Assembly (NCBI GenBank): GCA_040219255.1
Contig: JAVJSW010000001.1
Coordinates: 1 to 64,000 of the forward strand
Direction: 5' to 3'
DNA from: Sumerlaeia bacterium
GTDB lineage: Bacteria; Sumerlaeota; Sumerlaeia; SLMS01; JAHLLQ01
DNA: 64,000 bases
The notes under the pieces are model-generated. The model searched no databases and was not told where the DNA came from. It saw only the letters and a program-made list of their open reading frames with translations. The stretch's first letter is position 1. Each line of letters opens with the position of its first letter. The position numbers and the translations under genes were made by a program. Positions 1 through 10,325 of this stretch are shown piece by piece.

Positions 1-293
1 CTTGGCGAGAAAAGGCTTGCAAAAAGCGAAGGATTGGAGAAAGAGGGGTTAGGCGTTCTTGCGGATTCTTAAATTTCACCGCTGAGGCGCAGAGAGCGCT
101 GAGTATGGGGTTCGGGAGGGGCGAGGCAGACCATCGAACGCCTCCACAGGAGCCCCCCGATGGTCTGCCTCGCCCCTCCCGAACCCCATACTCAGCGCTC
201 TCTGCGCCTCAGCGGTGAAATTTAAGAATCCGCAAGAACGCCTAACCCCTCTTTCTCCAATCCTTCGCTTTTTGCAAGCCTTTTCTCGCCAAG
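1..293. repeat. Perfect 136-bp inverted repeat (arms 1-136 and 158-293, 21-nt spacer)
   Basis: 1-136 is the reverse complement of 158-293, read directly. The left arm reaches the window edge. Confidence 0.93.
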
Positions 294-366
294 AAACCCC
301 CTTGATTGGGGTCGGCGTCGGGGGGCAATCTCGCGGCCCGTACCGACTCCCGGAGCCCCCGCCCCC

Positions 367-3300
367 ATGAACGCCGCCGACTTCAAGCCCAGCGACTTCG
401 TCCACCTCCACGTCCACAGCGAGTTCAGTTTCCTCGATGGCGCCAACCGCATCGGGCCGATGCTGGACTATGTGAAGAGCATGGGCCAGGAGGCGGTCGC
501 CCTGACCGATCACGGCGTGATGTGCGGCGTGCTGGATTTTTACGAGAAAGCGAAAAAGAAAGCGCTCAAGCCCATCGTGGGCTGCGAACTCTACATCACG
601 CCCAACAGCCGCCACACGAAAACCGGCGGCAACCTGGAAAAGAAAAACATCCACCACCTGCTGCTGCTGGCGGAAAACCTCCAGGGCTACCAGAACCTCT
701 GCAAACTTTCCTCCATCGCGCACCTGGAAGGCTACTACTACAAACCCCGCATCGATTTCGAGACGCTGGAGAAGCATAAGGACGGCCTCATCGCCACGTC
801 GTCGTGTCTGGCGGGCCTGATCCCGCAGTCGCTGCTGGCGAACGATGAAAAGAAGGCCCGCGATTACGCCGGTCAGTTCGTGGACATTTTCGGTCCGGAA
901 CGTTTCTTCATGGAGATCCAGGACCACGGCATCCCGGAGCAGCGCGAGACCAACCCCTACATCATCGACATCGCCAAGAAGCTCGGTCTGAAGCTGATCG
1001 CGTCGAACGATGCCCACTACATGCGCAAGCAGGACGCCAAGATGCACGACGTGCTGCTCTGCGTCCAGACCGGGTGCCGCCACGCGGATCAGAACCGGAT
1101 GCGATTTTCCGGCAACGAGTTCTACATGAAGTCGGCCCAGGAAATGGCCGCCGTCTTTGGCGACATCCCGGAATCGCTGCTGAACACAAAGCTCGTGGCG
1201 GAGATGTGCAACCTCGAGTTTCCGGAAAAAAGCTACCACCTGCCCCGCTTTCCCTGTCCCGACGGCATGGACGAAAAGTCCCTGATGCGGCAGAATGTCT
1301 GGGAAGGCGCGGCGATGCGCTACCGGGATGGCGTCACGCCGGAAATCAAGGAACGCATCGAATTCGAAATCGGTGTCATCGAGCGCATGGGCTTCAGCGC
1401 CTACTTCCTGATCGTCGCCGACTTCATCGCCCACGCCCGCGGCATCGGCATTCCTGTCGGTCCCGGCCGGGGCAGCGCGGCGGGCAGCGTGGTGGCCTAT
1501 TGCCTGCGCATTACCGAGCTGGACCCGCTCAAGCACGGGCTGCTGTTCGAGCGTTTCCTGAACCCGGACCGGCTCTCGATGCCCGACATCGATGTGGATT
1601 TCTGCTTCGAACGGCGCGGCGAGGTGATCGAATACGTCCGCCGCAAGTACGGCGCGGACTGCGTTTCCCAGATCATCACCTTCGGAACGATGAAGGCCAA
1701 AGCCGCCGTGCGCGATGTGGGCCGCGTGTTCGAAAACCAGAACGCCGACCGCATGGCGCGCCTGATCCCCGGCGGCGATCCGAAGATGACCCTCAAGAAA
1801 GCCTGGGACGATACGCCGGAACTGCAGCAGCTCGTCAACAGCGACCCCCAGGTCCACCAGGTCTGGGACTATGCCAACCAGTTGGAGGGCATGGTCCGCC
1901 ACGCCAGCATCCACGCCGCCGGCCTCGTGATTTCCGACAAGCCCCTGGTGGAATACTGCCCCCTGTACCAGGACACCAAGGAAGGCAGCATCCCCGCGAC
2001 CCAGTTCACCATGACCGAGGTCGAGGAATCCATCGGCCTGCTGAAGATGGACTTCCTGGGCATCAAGAACCTGACGATCATCAAGCGCGTCATGGATTGG
2101 GTGGAGGAGCGCGAAGGCCTCAAAGTCGAGTTCGACGAATCCAAAATGGACGACCCGGCGGCCTATGAAATGCTGCAAAAGGGCCAGACCCTCGGCGTGT
2201 TCCAGTTGGAAGGCGAGGGCATTACGCGCCTCGTGAAGAAGATGAAGCCGTCGAACTTCAACGACTTGACGGCCCTGATCGCGCTTTATCGGCCGGGGCC
2301 GCTGCAGGCCGGCATGGACACCATGTACGTCGAGCGCAAGCACGGCCGCCAGGAAGTCACCTACGACCACCCGGTCCTCGAACCCATCCTCGGCGAGTCC
2401 TACGGCACCATTCTCTATCAAGAGCAGGTCATGCGCATCAGCCGCGACCTCTGCGGCTTTACCGGCGGCGAAGCGGATACGCTGCGCAAAGCCATGGGCA
2501 AGAAGAAGCTCGATGTGATGGAGAAGATGAAGGTCAAATTCATCGACGGCGCCAAGGAGAAGCACGGCGTCGATCCGTCGCTGAGCGAGGCGATCTGGAA
2601 CAACATCGTGACCTTCGCCGGGTATGGTTTCAACAAGAGCCACTCCGCCGCCTACGCCGTGCTGACCTACCAGACGGCTTACCTGCGCGCTCATTACCCG
2701 ACGTACTTCATGGCGGCGCTGCTGACGAACGAACTGAACGGCACCACCGACGCCATCGCGAAGTACGTGTCGAACTGCCGCGAGATGGGCATCGAGGTCC
2801 TGCCGGTGGACATCAATCGCTCCATCGAGCTGTTCAATCCCGACGGCAACAAAATCTACTACGCGCTCAACGGGCTGAAGGGCGTCGGCGAGGGTTTCGC
2901 CAAAGCGGTCGTCGCCGAGCGCGCGGCCAACGGGCCCTTCAAGAGCCTACAGGATCTGTGCGTCCGAATGCCAAAGGAGGAGCTGAACAGCCGCGTGCTG
3001 GAGTGCCTGACCCGGGTGGGCGCCTTCGATCAGCTCCACCCCAACCGCCCCGCGCTGCTGGCCGTGCTCAAAGACATCATGGCGGTGGCGTCCGACAAAG
3101 CCCGCCAGGACGAACGCGGCGAGTTCGACATGTTCGACGGCGGCGGCGGCGAGAGCGAACTCTCAATCCTGCAAAGCGTCCAGATCCCCGCCAACCTCCC
3201 GGACTGGGACGACCGCGAGAAGGCGCTTCAGGAAAAGGAAGTGCTGGGGTTGTACCTGGCCTCGCACCCGCTCAATCGCTACCGCGTCGAGATCGCGTCC

Positions 3301-3981
3301 TTTGGCGACCACAGCGCCCACAAGCTGGAGAATACCGCCCTGGAAGCCGGCGAAAACGCCCGCACGCCGGTGACCATCGTGGGGATGCTGATCGACGTGG
3401 AAACCCGCACCACGCGCGCCGGAAAGATGATGCACATCCTGAAGTTCGAGGACTTCGACGGCCCCTTCGAGTGCATCGCCTGGGAAGAAATCTACGAGGA
3501 CCACCGCGCCGTGCTGGAGCTGGACACGGTGGTTCAGGTGGCAGGCAAGATCAGCCTGCGCAACGGGCGCTTGTCCTTCGCCGCCGATACCTTCCGGCGG
3601 ATCGAGGAGCTGCGCTCCTCGTCGCGCGGCATCGAAGTGGAGATCGACGCGGAAGCCTTGACGGAAAAGGGCCTGGTGGCTCTGCGCGAAACCTGCCAGA
3701 AGTGGTTCGGCGCCGACGCCAAACCCGTCCGCATCGTGATCCACCACCCCGGCCGCGACGGCCGCGAACCGGTCAAGGCGGGCTTTGTCGCCAGCGGCAG
3801 CATCAAGGTGGCGCCCAAGCCGGAAGCCCTGGCGGCCATCATGGCGCTGGACGGCAAACCGCGCGTGCGCTACATTCCCGGCCCCATGCCTCAACGCCCG
3901 AATAACAACCGCCGCCGCGAATGGGACAACGGCAACGGCCGGCCCTCTTCGTTCTCGCCGAGTTACAGCGGGACGGCGTAA
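367..3981 (+). CDS. dnaE: DNA polymerase III subunit alpha
   Basis: 1204 aa. PHP motifs HLHVHSEFS and NDAHY, GRGSAAGS, catalytic MPDIDVDF, KMDFLG, YGFNKSH, OB fold. No intein seen. Confidence 0.98.
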   Translation: MNAADFKPSDFVHLHVHSEFSFLDGANRIGPMLDYVKSMGQEAVALTDHGVMCGVLDFYEKAKKKALKPIVGCELYITPNSRHTKTGGNLEKKNIHHLLLLAENLQGYQNLCKLSSIAHLEGYYYKPRIDFETLEKHKDGLIATSSCLAGLIPQSLLANDEKKARDYAGQFVDIFGPERFFMEIQDHGIPEQRETNPYIIDIAKKLGLKLIASNDAHYMRKQDAKMHDVLLCVQTGCRHADQNRMRFSGNEFYMKSAQEMAAVFGDIPESLLNTKLVAEMCNLEFPEKSYHLPRFPCPDGMDEKSLMRQNVWEGAAMRYRDGVTPEIKERIEFEIGVIERMGFSAYFLIVADFIAHARGIGIPVGPGRGSAAGSVVAYCLRITELDPLKHGLLFERFLNPDRLSMPDIDVDFCFERRGEVIEYVRRKYGADCVSQIITFGTMKAKAAVRDVGRVFENQNADRMARLIPGGDPKMTLKKAWDDTPELQQLVNSDPQVHQVWDYANQLEGMVRHASIHAAGLVISDKPLVEYCPLYQDTKEGSIPATQFTMTEVEESIGLLKMDFLGIKNLTIIKRVMDWVEEREGLKVEFDESKMDDPAAYEMLQKGQTLGVFQLEGEGITRLVKKMKPSNFNDLTALIALYRPGPLQAGMDTMYVERKHGRQEVTYDHPVLEPILGESYGTILYQEQVMRISRDLCGFTGGEADTLRKAMGKKKLDVMEKMKVKFIDGAKEKHGVDPSLSEAIWNNIVTFAGYGFNKSHSAAYAVLTYQTAYLRAHYPTYFMAALLTNELNGTTDAIAKYVSNCREMGIEVLPVDINRSIELFNPDGNKIYYALNGLKGVGEGFAKAVVAERAANGPFKSLQDLCVRMPKEELNSRVLECLTRVGAFDQLHPNRPALLAVLKDIMAVASDKARQDERGEFDMFDGGGGESELSILQSVQIPANLPDWDDREKALQEKEVLGLYLASHPLNRYRVEIASFGDHSAHKLENTALEAGENARTPVTIVGMLIDVETRTTRAGKMMHILKFEDFDGPFECIAWEEIYEDHRAVLELDTVVQVAGKISLRNGRLSFAADTFRRIEELRSSSRGIEVEIDAEALTEKGLVALRETCQKWFGADAKPVRIVIHHPGRDGREPVKAGFVASGSIKVAPKPEALAAIMALDGKPRVRYIPGPMPQRPNNNRRREWDNGNGRPSSFSPSYSGTA

Positions 3982-4082
3982 GGCGGCGGCTCCTGAGAGT
4001 GGAACCCAACCAAGAGCGCGGGCGTCGGAAGGAGCTGGCTGGCCAAGGGCCGGACGCCCGTGGCACCTTGATTCGATAAGAC

Positions 4083-4838
4083 TTACTTGCCGAAGCGAAC
4101 CTTCACCAAGGTCCAGAGGCTGGCCACGCCGTCGCCCCAGTAGATTTTCTTCCCCTCGGTCTTGCCCCGGGGAAAGTAGCGGATGGGGATTTCGACGATG
4201 CGGTGGCGCTTCATGATGAAGCGGGCGGTCAGTTCGACGGTGAAGGCGAAGTGGTTGTTTTCGACGCGCAGGCCCTTGAGGCAGCGGCGGCGGAAGACCT
4301 GGTAGCAGGTCTCCACATCGGTGAGGCGCTGGCCACGCAGCTCCGGCGCGTAGAGCGTGTTGACGGCGATGTTGATGACCCGGTTGCCCCAGTATTGCAG
4401 AAACGTCATCTTGGGCTTTCCGCTGAGAAAGCGCGAGCCGAAGACCACGTCGGCCTCGCCATTCTTGATGGGCGCCAGGAGGCCGGGGTAATCGTCGGGG
4501 TCCAGCTCGAGGTCGGCGTCCTGGAAGATGATGACGTGGCCGGTGCATTGCTTCATGCCGACCTTCAGGGCGTTGCCACGCCCACGGCGCACGGATTGAT
4601 AGATGACAGTCGTGTCGTCGAATCTTTCCTGCTCGCGCAGCTTCTCCGCCGTGCCGTCTTCGCTGGCGCCGTCGATAACGATGATTTCCTTGCGAACCGG
4701 CGAGCGGCGCACCTTCTCGAGCAGCAGGTCGATGGTTCGGACTTCGTTGTAGACCGGCACGATGACCGACAGGAGGAAGTCCTCGTCGCTGGGAAAGGAA
4801 TCGGGATCGGCGGGGGTGACGATGGCGGTTGGGCTCAT
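4083..4838 (-). CDS. GT2 glycosyltransferase, DPM1-like polyprenol-phosphate sugar synthase
   Basis: SVIVPVYNE, FQDADLELDP, VFGSRF, TDVETCY, EGKKI. ATGA overlap with the upstream gene. Confidence 0.9.
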   Translation of the reverse strand: MSPTAIVTPADPDSFPSDEDFLLSVIVPVYNEVRTIDLLLEKVRRSPVRKEIIVIDGASEDGTAEKLREQERFDDTTVIYQSVRRGRGNALKVGMKQCTGHVIIFQDADLELDPDDYPGLLAPIKNGEADVVFGSRFLSGKPKMTFLQYWGNRVINIAVNTLYAPELRGQRLTDVETCYQVFRRRCLKGLRVENNHFAFTVELTARFIMKRHRIVEIPIRYFPRGKTEGKKIYWGDGVASLWTLVKVRFGK

Positions 4839-6616
4839 GGGTGAAGGGCGGATTCGCTGGGAAGTTCGAGGACGTAAGCGGTGGCGGGGGGCAGGAAGAC
4901 CCGGCCGCTGAGCTGGGCCTCGGTGATTTCCTCGGACGACAGGAGGAGTTTGCCCTCGAGCACGGCGAGGTTGTATTTAGACGCCAGTTCGCGCAGCAGC
5001 GCTCCGTCGCCCGTGGAGAGCACGACGGGGACCCGGCCGATGTTGGGGGCGATGGCGGTGCGGTCGAGATAGGCGGCGAATTCGCCGGGGCCGCGGAGGG
5101 GTTCGACGAGAGCCTCGGGCCGCAGGACGCGCCCGGCCTCATCGGGAGTTTCCGTCGGCAGAGACTCGGCGGCCCAATCGAAGCGCAGGAAGTTGCTGCC
5201 CACGACCAGGACGTCGGGGCGCTTGCCCTCGACCAGTTGACCGTACCAGACGGAGTAGAGGTCGGCGTCGCCGGAGGTCAGCAGCAGGGCATCCTGGGGC
5301 AGGTCGTCGAAGAGGCGTTCGAGCCAGACGGGGGCGAGGACTTCGCCGGCGCGGCCCGCCGTCTTCCAATTCGCCCCGAGCGCGATCAGGGCCACCAGGC
5401 CCATCAGCACCACCAGCCGGCCGGCCCGCGCCGGATCGACCGCGTAGCCGAGCCGCCGCGCCGCCGCCCGCAGGACAAACGCCCAGCCGAGCACAAAGAA
5501 CGGCAACGCCGACATCCAAAGGCCCAGAAAATAATCGCCAATGTCGGGAATGTTGTAGGTGAAAATGAAGAGGATCTGCAGATCGAAAGCCACCCCGAGC
5601 GCGATGCAGCCAGACCGCGATAGGCGCCACAGCTCACGCACCCCCAGCAGCATCACCAGGAAGCCCAGTGCCCCCGCCGAGAACAGCGCCACCACCATCG
5701 CGGCGGAGGCCAGGCCGGGCAGAGGCGCGCCGCCGATCCACTGGCCGCCGAGATCGGTCAGCACCTGGACGAGCCGCGCCAGCGCGAACTGGACGAACTG
5801 GCCGCCGGTCATGGGCATCCCGGGGGCGAGTTGGAGAAACTGCATCTGACCGTATTCCCCGCCGCCGACGAGCCACCAGAAGCCCTGCCAGGAATCGGCG
5901 CCGCCCCAGTTGATCGAAGGGTCCTTGGCGGCGCGCAGCGGCAGCGCCAGGTAGGGCAGCAGGCCCGCCACGCCCGCCAGCAGCGCAGCCCCGAGGCGGA
6001 CGGGCGATTCCTTGCCGGCGGAGTGGGCCTGGCGGAGGCGCCACAGGAGCAGCGGGGCGAGGCAGAGCGAGGTGAGATGATTGCTGGCGGCGAGGCCCTG
6101 GAAGAGGGCCGCCACAGCGAGGGCCTTCCAGCCGATGGGCTGATCGAGCCGGGGCACGAGAATGTAAAGCAGGCCCGCCATCAGCAGGGCGTTGAGGGCG
6201 TAGGCTTCGACCAATGTGGCGGCGCTCCAGAGACTGGCGCTGAGGCCTACCAGGAGCACCGTCGCCAAGGGCAGCCAGCGTTCCAGCACGCCGGCGATGA
6301 CGGAGGGTTCGGCGTCCGGCGCAGGCACAAGCAACCGCCCCGCCAGCAACCCCGCCAGCCACGCCGCCCCCGCCGCGAAGAGACTGCACAGGAGGGTGCT
6401 GAGGAAGTAGGCGCTCTTGCCCGCTGGCACCAGACTGAGCAGCAGCAGCAGCAGCGGATAACCAGTGGGGTGCGGGACGCCGCCGCTTTGCGCCGCGGCC
6501 ACGAATTCCAGGCCGTCGCCAAACTGCGGATAACGCGCCGCCGACAGCAGATAGACCACCAGCACGCCCGCCGCCGCCAAGCCGGTGCGGCCTTTCAAGG
6601 ACGCGAGCGGGCTCAT
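4835..6616 (-). CDS. DUF2723/TMEM260-like GT-C membrane glycosyltransferase
   Basis: GDGLEF...GVPHPTGYPL after TM1, EAYALN, SNHLTS, PLRAAKDPSINWG, YNIPDIGDYF; multi-TM. Start set at the ATGA overlap 6613-6616. Confidence 0.82.
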   Translation of the reverse strand: MSPLASLKGRTGLAAAGVLVVYLLSAARYPQFGDGLEFVAAAQSGGVPHPTGYPLLLLLLSLVPAGKSAYFLSTLLCSLFAAGAAWLAGLLAGRLLVPAPDAEPSVIAGVLERWLPLATVLLVGLSASLWSAATLVEAYALNALLMAGLLYILVPRLDQPIGWKALAVAALFQGLAASNHLTSLCLAPLLLWRLRQAHSAGKESPVRLGAALLAGVAGLLPYLALPLRAAKDPSINWGGADSWQGFWWLVGGGEYGQMQFLQLAPGMPMTGGQFVQFALARLVQVLTDLGGQWIGGAPLPGLASAAMVVALFSAGALGFLVMLLGVRELWRLSRSGCIALGVAFDLQILFIFTYNIPDIGDYFLGLWMSALPFFVLGWAFVLRAAARRLGYAVDPARAGRLVVLMGLVALIALGANWKTAGRAGEVLAPVWLERLFDDLPQDALLLTSGDADLYSVWYGQLVEGKRPDVLVVGSNFLRFDWAAESLPTETPDEAGRVLRPEALVEPLRGPGEFAAYLDRTAIAPNIGRVPVVLSTGDGALLRELASKYNLAVLEGKLLLSSEEITEAQLSGRVFLPPATAYVLELPSESALHP

Positions 6617-8184
6617 CGGGGGCCCTCGACGCGCAGAACGATGGTGCTGAATCGCTGCCAGCGATAGCGATACAGGAACCACGCCGGGCTCTGGTCCGTG
6701 CCGGGAACGCTCATATTGTCGGGGAAAACGGGCAGGAGGCTGGCCTGAAATTCGGCCACCGGCTCCAGTGTATAGAACCGCGACAGGTAATCCACATAGG
6801 CCGGGGCATTATACAGGTTCGACAGCACGACCAGCGACCCCGGCGGCAGAGCCTTTGACGGGGGCAGGGGGCGGCCGTCGTCGCTGAAACGGACGTAGGG
6901 ATCGTCGAGCAGGCGGGCGTTTTCCCGCGCGAAGAAATCGACCTTACTGGTGACGATCGGGTGCGGCTCCAGGCGGTAGACTTCGTTGGTGAAAATCATC
7001 GGCCCGTCGGCTTCTCCGGCGCGCTCCTCGCGAACGAGATCACCCGCCAGCCGCGACGCCCTCGCCAGATCGCCCCAGGCTTCGCGCTGGCCGATGAGGA
7101 CGAACAGCCCGAAGGCGGCGCTGAACGTGAACGTCCCGATCGCCAGGTAGGGAAACAGGCGGCGGCGCACGATGTAGCGCGCCCGGCGCCATCGTTCGCC
7201 CACGGCGTACATCCCCGCCCCCGCCAGCACCCAGAAAAACCCGTGGAGCGGCAGGAAATAGCGCTCCTGGAAACTGGAGAAGGCCGACTGGGCGATGAGC
7301 AGGACGACGCCCGTGTAGAGCATCATCCAGCCAAAGAACGGACCGCGCCGCATTCGAACCCAGTACATGCCGGTCAAGGCCCAGATGAAAACCGGGATCG
7401 TCAGGAAATAGGGCAGGTAGTAGATGAAGGGCTCGGCCATGGCCAGGATCACCTCCCACCAGCCGACGGCTGGGGCGGCGCCTAGGCGCTCGGTGAACTG
7501 GTCGCCGTGGATGAATCCGTTGAGCCAAATCCAGAGCGGCAAAATCGCCAGGCCCAGCGCCGGCGCCAACGGTTTCCAGATAAACACCCGAAAGCGCCGC
7601 ACCAGGATGCCGTAGCACACCAGGAGCGGCGGCAGCAGCATGAGTCCCTGCCACCGCGTCAGGCAGGCCAGCGTGGCGAAAAGGCTGGCGCCCGTCAGGG
7701 CGCGGCGGGCCGAGAACTCCTCGCGCTCGTCGCTGGCAAAGCAGAGGCGCTCGACCGCCCACCAGAACCACAGCGAGAACATCGCGTCGGTCATCATCCG
7801 CACGCCCCACCGCATGGCCACCGGCGCCACGATATAAAACACGCCGGTATAGAGCGCGGCGCGGGTGCCGAAGGCACGGCGCGCCATGCGGTAAAGCGGG
7901 TAAAGGGCGGCGGCGCTGGCAATGGCGCTAATCAGCCGGCCAGTCCACAGATAGCCGAAGAGGAATTTGAAGGGATAAACCACCGCCGAGTAGAGCGGCG
8001 GCCAGATCCCCGTCGGTTCGGTCAGCTGGGTCACCTGCAAGACGCCGTCAGTGTACTCGCCGACGTTCATCGGGGTCATGACAAGACGCACCACGAGGCA
8101 TATCGCCAGCAATACCCAAACGTCACGCTGGGGATAGGGGAGCTTTTCTTTAGCGAGGGCGGCGGCGGTTTTCAGCTTCTTCAT
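6613..8184 (-). CDS. GT-C (PMT_2/GT39-like) membrane glycosyltransferase
   Basis: EYTDG then WPPLY after TM1, GRLISA, MMTDAMF, LTRWQG, ERYFLP; about 11 TM plus a C-terminal soluble domain. Confidence 0.8.
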   Translation of the reverse strand: MKKLKTAAALAKEKLPYPQRDVWVLLAICLVVRLVMTPMNVGEYTDGVLQVTQLTEPTGIWPPLYSAVVYPFKFLFGYLWTGRLISAIASAAALYPLYRMARRAFGTRAALYTGVFYIVAPVAMRWGVRMMTDAMFSLWFWWAVERLCFASDEREEFSARRALTGASLFATLACLTRWQGLMLLPPLLVCYGILVRRFRVFIWKPLAPALGLAILPLWIWLNGFIHGDQFTERLGAAPAVGWWEVILAMAEPFIYYLPYFLTIPVFIWALTGMYWVRMRRGPFFGWMMLYTGVVLLIAQSAFSSFQERYFLPLHGFFWVLAGAGMYAVGERWRRARYIVRRRLFPYLAIGTFTFSAAFGLFVLIGQREAWGDLARASRLAGDLVREERAGEADGPMIFTNEVYRLEPHPIVTSKVDFFARENARLLDDPYVRFSDDGRPLPPSKALPPGSLVVLSNLYNAPAYVDYLSRFYTLEPVAEFQASLLPVFPDNMSVPGTDQSPAWFLYRYRWQRFSTIVLRVEGPR

Positions 8185-8322
8185 CCGGCGGGTTCCGTCG
8201 GGGAGTGAGGATCAGCGGGCACTCCCACACAGCGCCCCGGCGCGGCGCAACCGGGGAAAAGGGGCGCCCGCGCGTGGAGGGCGAGGGCGGCGGGAAAAAT
8301 CCGACAGGAAAAGTGGCGGCCG

Positions 8323-9267
8323 CTACAATCCGGTGGTGAAGGCTTCGCGCAATGTCACCGGATCGCGGCCGATGCGAACGTCGTAGATGGCGCCTTCGTC
8401 GGCCACGGGGATTTCGCTGTCCAGGTCCTCAATGTTGTCAGGGACGTGGATCAGGAGCATCTTGCGGCGGATCGGCGGGGGCAGAGCGAGCAGATCCTTG
8501 AGCGGCGTATGGCCGGCGCCGGGGCCGCATTCGTGCAGGATCAGGTCCGCGTCCTCGAGAAAGGCGATGTGCTCCGGGTCGAAGGCCGTGTCGCAGCTAT
8601 AGCCGAGCTTGATGCCATTGAACTCCGCCACGAGGCCGAAGCAGGGCAGGAAATGCTGGGTGCGGCGGATGCGGAAGGTCATGGCGGGGGCGTCCCGGTC
8701 GTCATGGCAGAGGGACAGTTCGCGGCCCGGCATCCAGGCGTGGGTGCGGAAGTAATCGCCCATACGCTGGGCTGCGGGTGCGCTCTCGCCGGGCGTCGTC
8801 AGAACGCCCATGCTGGCCATGAGGCGATGCTCCCACAGGCTTTCCAGGACCTCGGGCAAGGCGTACAGATCGGGCGGAGAATGGGGGCGGTTGCCGTGGA
8901 CGAAACGTTTGAAAAAGCCGAACTCCTCGACGCCATTGCAGTGATCGCCGTGCAGATGCGTCAGCACCAGGTGATCGAAATCGGGGATGTCGAGGGCGAC
9001 GCGGGCCTTTTTTTCCGCGTCGCCGAGTACCCGGCGGAGCGGCGACGGACAATCGACGAGCACGCCGCGGCCCTCGGCGATGAGCAGCAGGCTGGTGTTG
9101 AAGAAGCGCTTGGTGAAGGCGTTGCCGATGCCGAGGGGAATGACGAACAGCCGGTGGCTGTCGAAGTCGGCGATTCGTGTCGTTGGCGGTTCGGTGGGTG
9201 CCAAGGCTTCGGCGCGCCCGCGGGGCGTCCCCTTTCCACGATTCAAGACCCTAGGAAATCGCGTCAT
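8323..9267 (-). CDS. MBL-fold metallo-hydrolase (RNase Z/phosphodiesterase-like)
   Basis: LVDC, THLHGDH, H..PC, YSCDT, ILHEC, GHT, IH. Start uncertain. Confidence 0.85.
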   Translation of the reverse strand: MTRFPRVLNRGKGTPRGRAEALAPTEPPTTRIADFDSHRLFVIPLGIGNAFTKRFFNTSLLLIAEGRGVLVDCPSPLRRVLGDAEKKARVALDIPDFDHLVLTHLHGDHCNGVEEFGFFKRFVHGNRPHSPPDLYALPEVLESLWEHRLMASMGVLTTPGESAPAAQRMGDYFRTHAWMPGRELSLCHDDRDAPAMTFRIRRTQHFLPCFGLVAEFNGIKLGYSCDTAFDPEHIAFLEDADLILHECGPGAGHTPLKDLLALPPPIRRKMLLIHVPDNIEDLDSEIPVADEGAIYDVRIGRDPVTLREAFTTGL

Positions 9268-9452
9268 ACCCCGGATCCGCAATGGTTTTTGAAGCGGGGC
9301 GGAATTGGGGGCTGGCCAGTGAATAAGCAAGTTGCCCGCCCGTAGACATCGCAGCCATGAATGAGCGCGGCGAACCCCAGGGGTGCCTCATCTCCCCCGC
9401 GCATGCTCGCCTCAGGGCGCTGGAACCGAGACTGAAAGGACGCGAGCAATCC

Positions 9453-10325
9453 ATGATTTCGTCGATGAATCGCCGGATGGAGTGGCTCCGCGTCCAGGCG
9501 CGCACCAATCCGATTTATCGGCGACAGAGGAAGCCGGTCTTTTGGGCGAGCTTGCTCGGCTCCCTTATTCTCATCGGCTATGGCGTTCTTTATGGCTTGG
9601 GTTACTGGGGGATTTGGACGATGGCGACAACGGCGTATCCTGGCCTCAGCACGTCCACGACGGCCTCGCTCTCGCTCACCTTTTTCCATGTTTTCGTCGG
9701 CAACGCAGTGGTGTTTTTCATGCTGGCCGCGTTTCCACGCTGGATTTGGCGCCGGGTCTTCGAGAAGGAATCGAACTTGGCCATGTTGCCGCTGCCGCCT
9801 GCAGAAAGATTCTGGGGGCTCGCGTTGTTATTTCTACAAGCGACGAGCACCTACATAATCTTAACTCTTCTTATTTCTCTTGCCCATTTATGCTACTTCA
9901 TATTACAAAACGGATACTCTTTTCTTTTTGAGAATTTGGGATCATATTTCGTTTCCCTGTTCCTGCACAGCCTACCTTATTGGCTCCTCCTGACTTTTAT
10001 TGGATTGACAATCCTCCAACGATGGATAATCAGCGCGCTAGGCAACCGCCAGCTAAATCGCCTTTGGTTCCTTGCACCTCTTGGCGTGCACATTGTCTTC
10101 TTATTTATTGAGTCGCTTTCCAATAATTTCCTCATTCGAATTTTAGTCGGGACTCTGCCCCCGCAATGGCTCAACACCGCGCATACCTGGGTGTTGCGAT
10201 TGCTTTCGATCACGCTGTTCGCGGGTCAGCCAATGATCCTCTACAAGTTCTTCTGGCTCAAAGACAAAGCCGCCTGCTACGAGGCTATTTCCTCGACCGA
10301 GATCATGTCCCCGCCACGGCCGTGA
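9453..10325 (+). CDS. Hypothetical multi-pass membrane protein
   Basis: About 6-7 hydrophobic segments; AT-rich second half. Start uncertain (ORF open from 9357). Convergent overlap with the next gene. Confidence 0.6.
   Translation: MISSMNRRMEWLRVQARTNPIYRRQRKPVFWASLLGSLILIGYGVLYGLGYWGIWTMATTAYPGLSTSTTASLSLTFFHVFVGNAVVFFMLAAFPRWIWRRVFEKESNLAMLPLPPAERFWGLALLFLQATSTYIILTLLISLAHLCYFILQNGYSFLFENLGSYFVSLFLHSLPYWLLLTFIGLTILQRWIISALGNRQLNRLWFLAPLGVHIVFLFIESLSNNFLIRILVGTLPPQWLNTAHTWVLRLLSITLFAGQPMILYKFFWLKDKAACYEAISSTEIMSPPRP

Noticed and set aside
76-2694. Long antisense ORFs (872 aa here; also 13416-16433, 34711-36828, 38975-41449, 47029-49668 and others)
   Set aside because: These are shadows of well-supported genes on the opposite strand, expected at high GC3, and carry no motifs.
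4061-4075. TGGCAC sigma54-like site after dnaE
   Set aside because: It lacks the -12 GC and points antisense into the GT2 gene.
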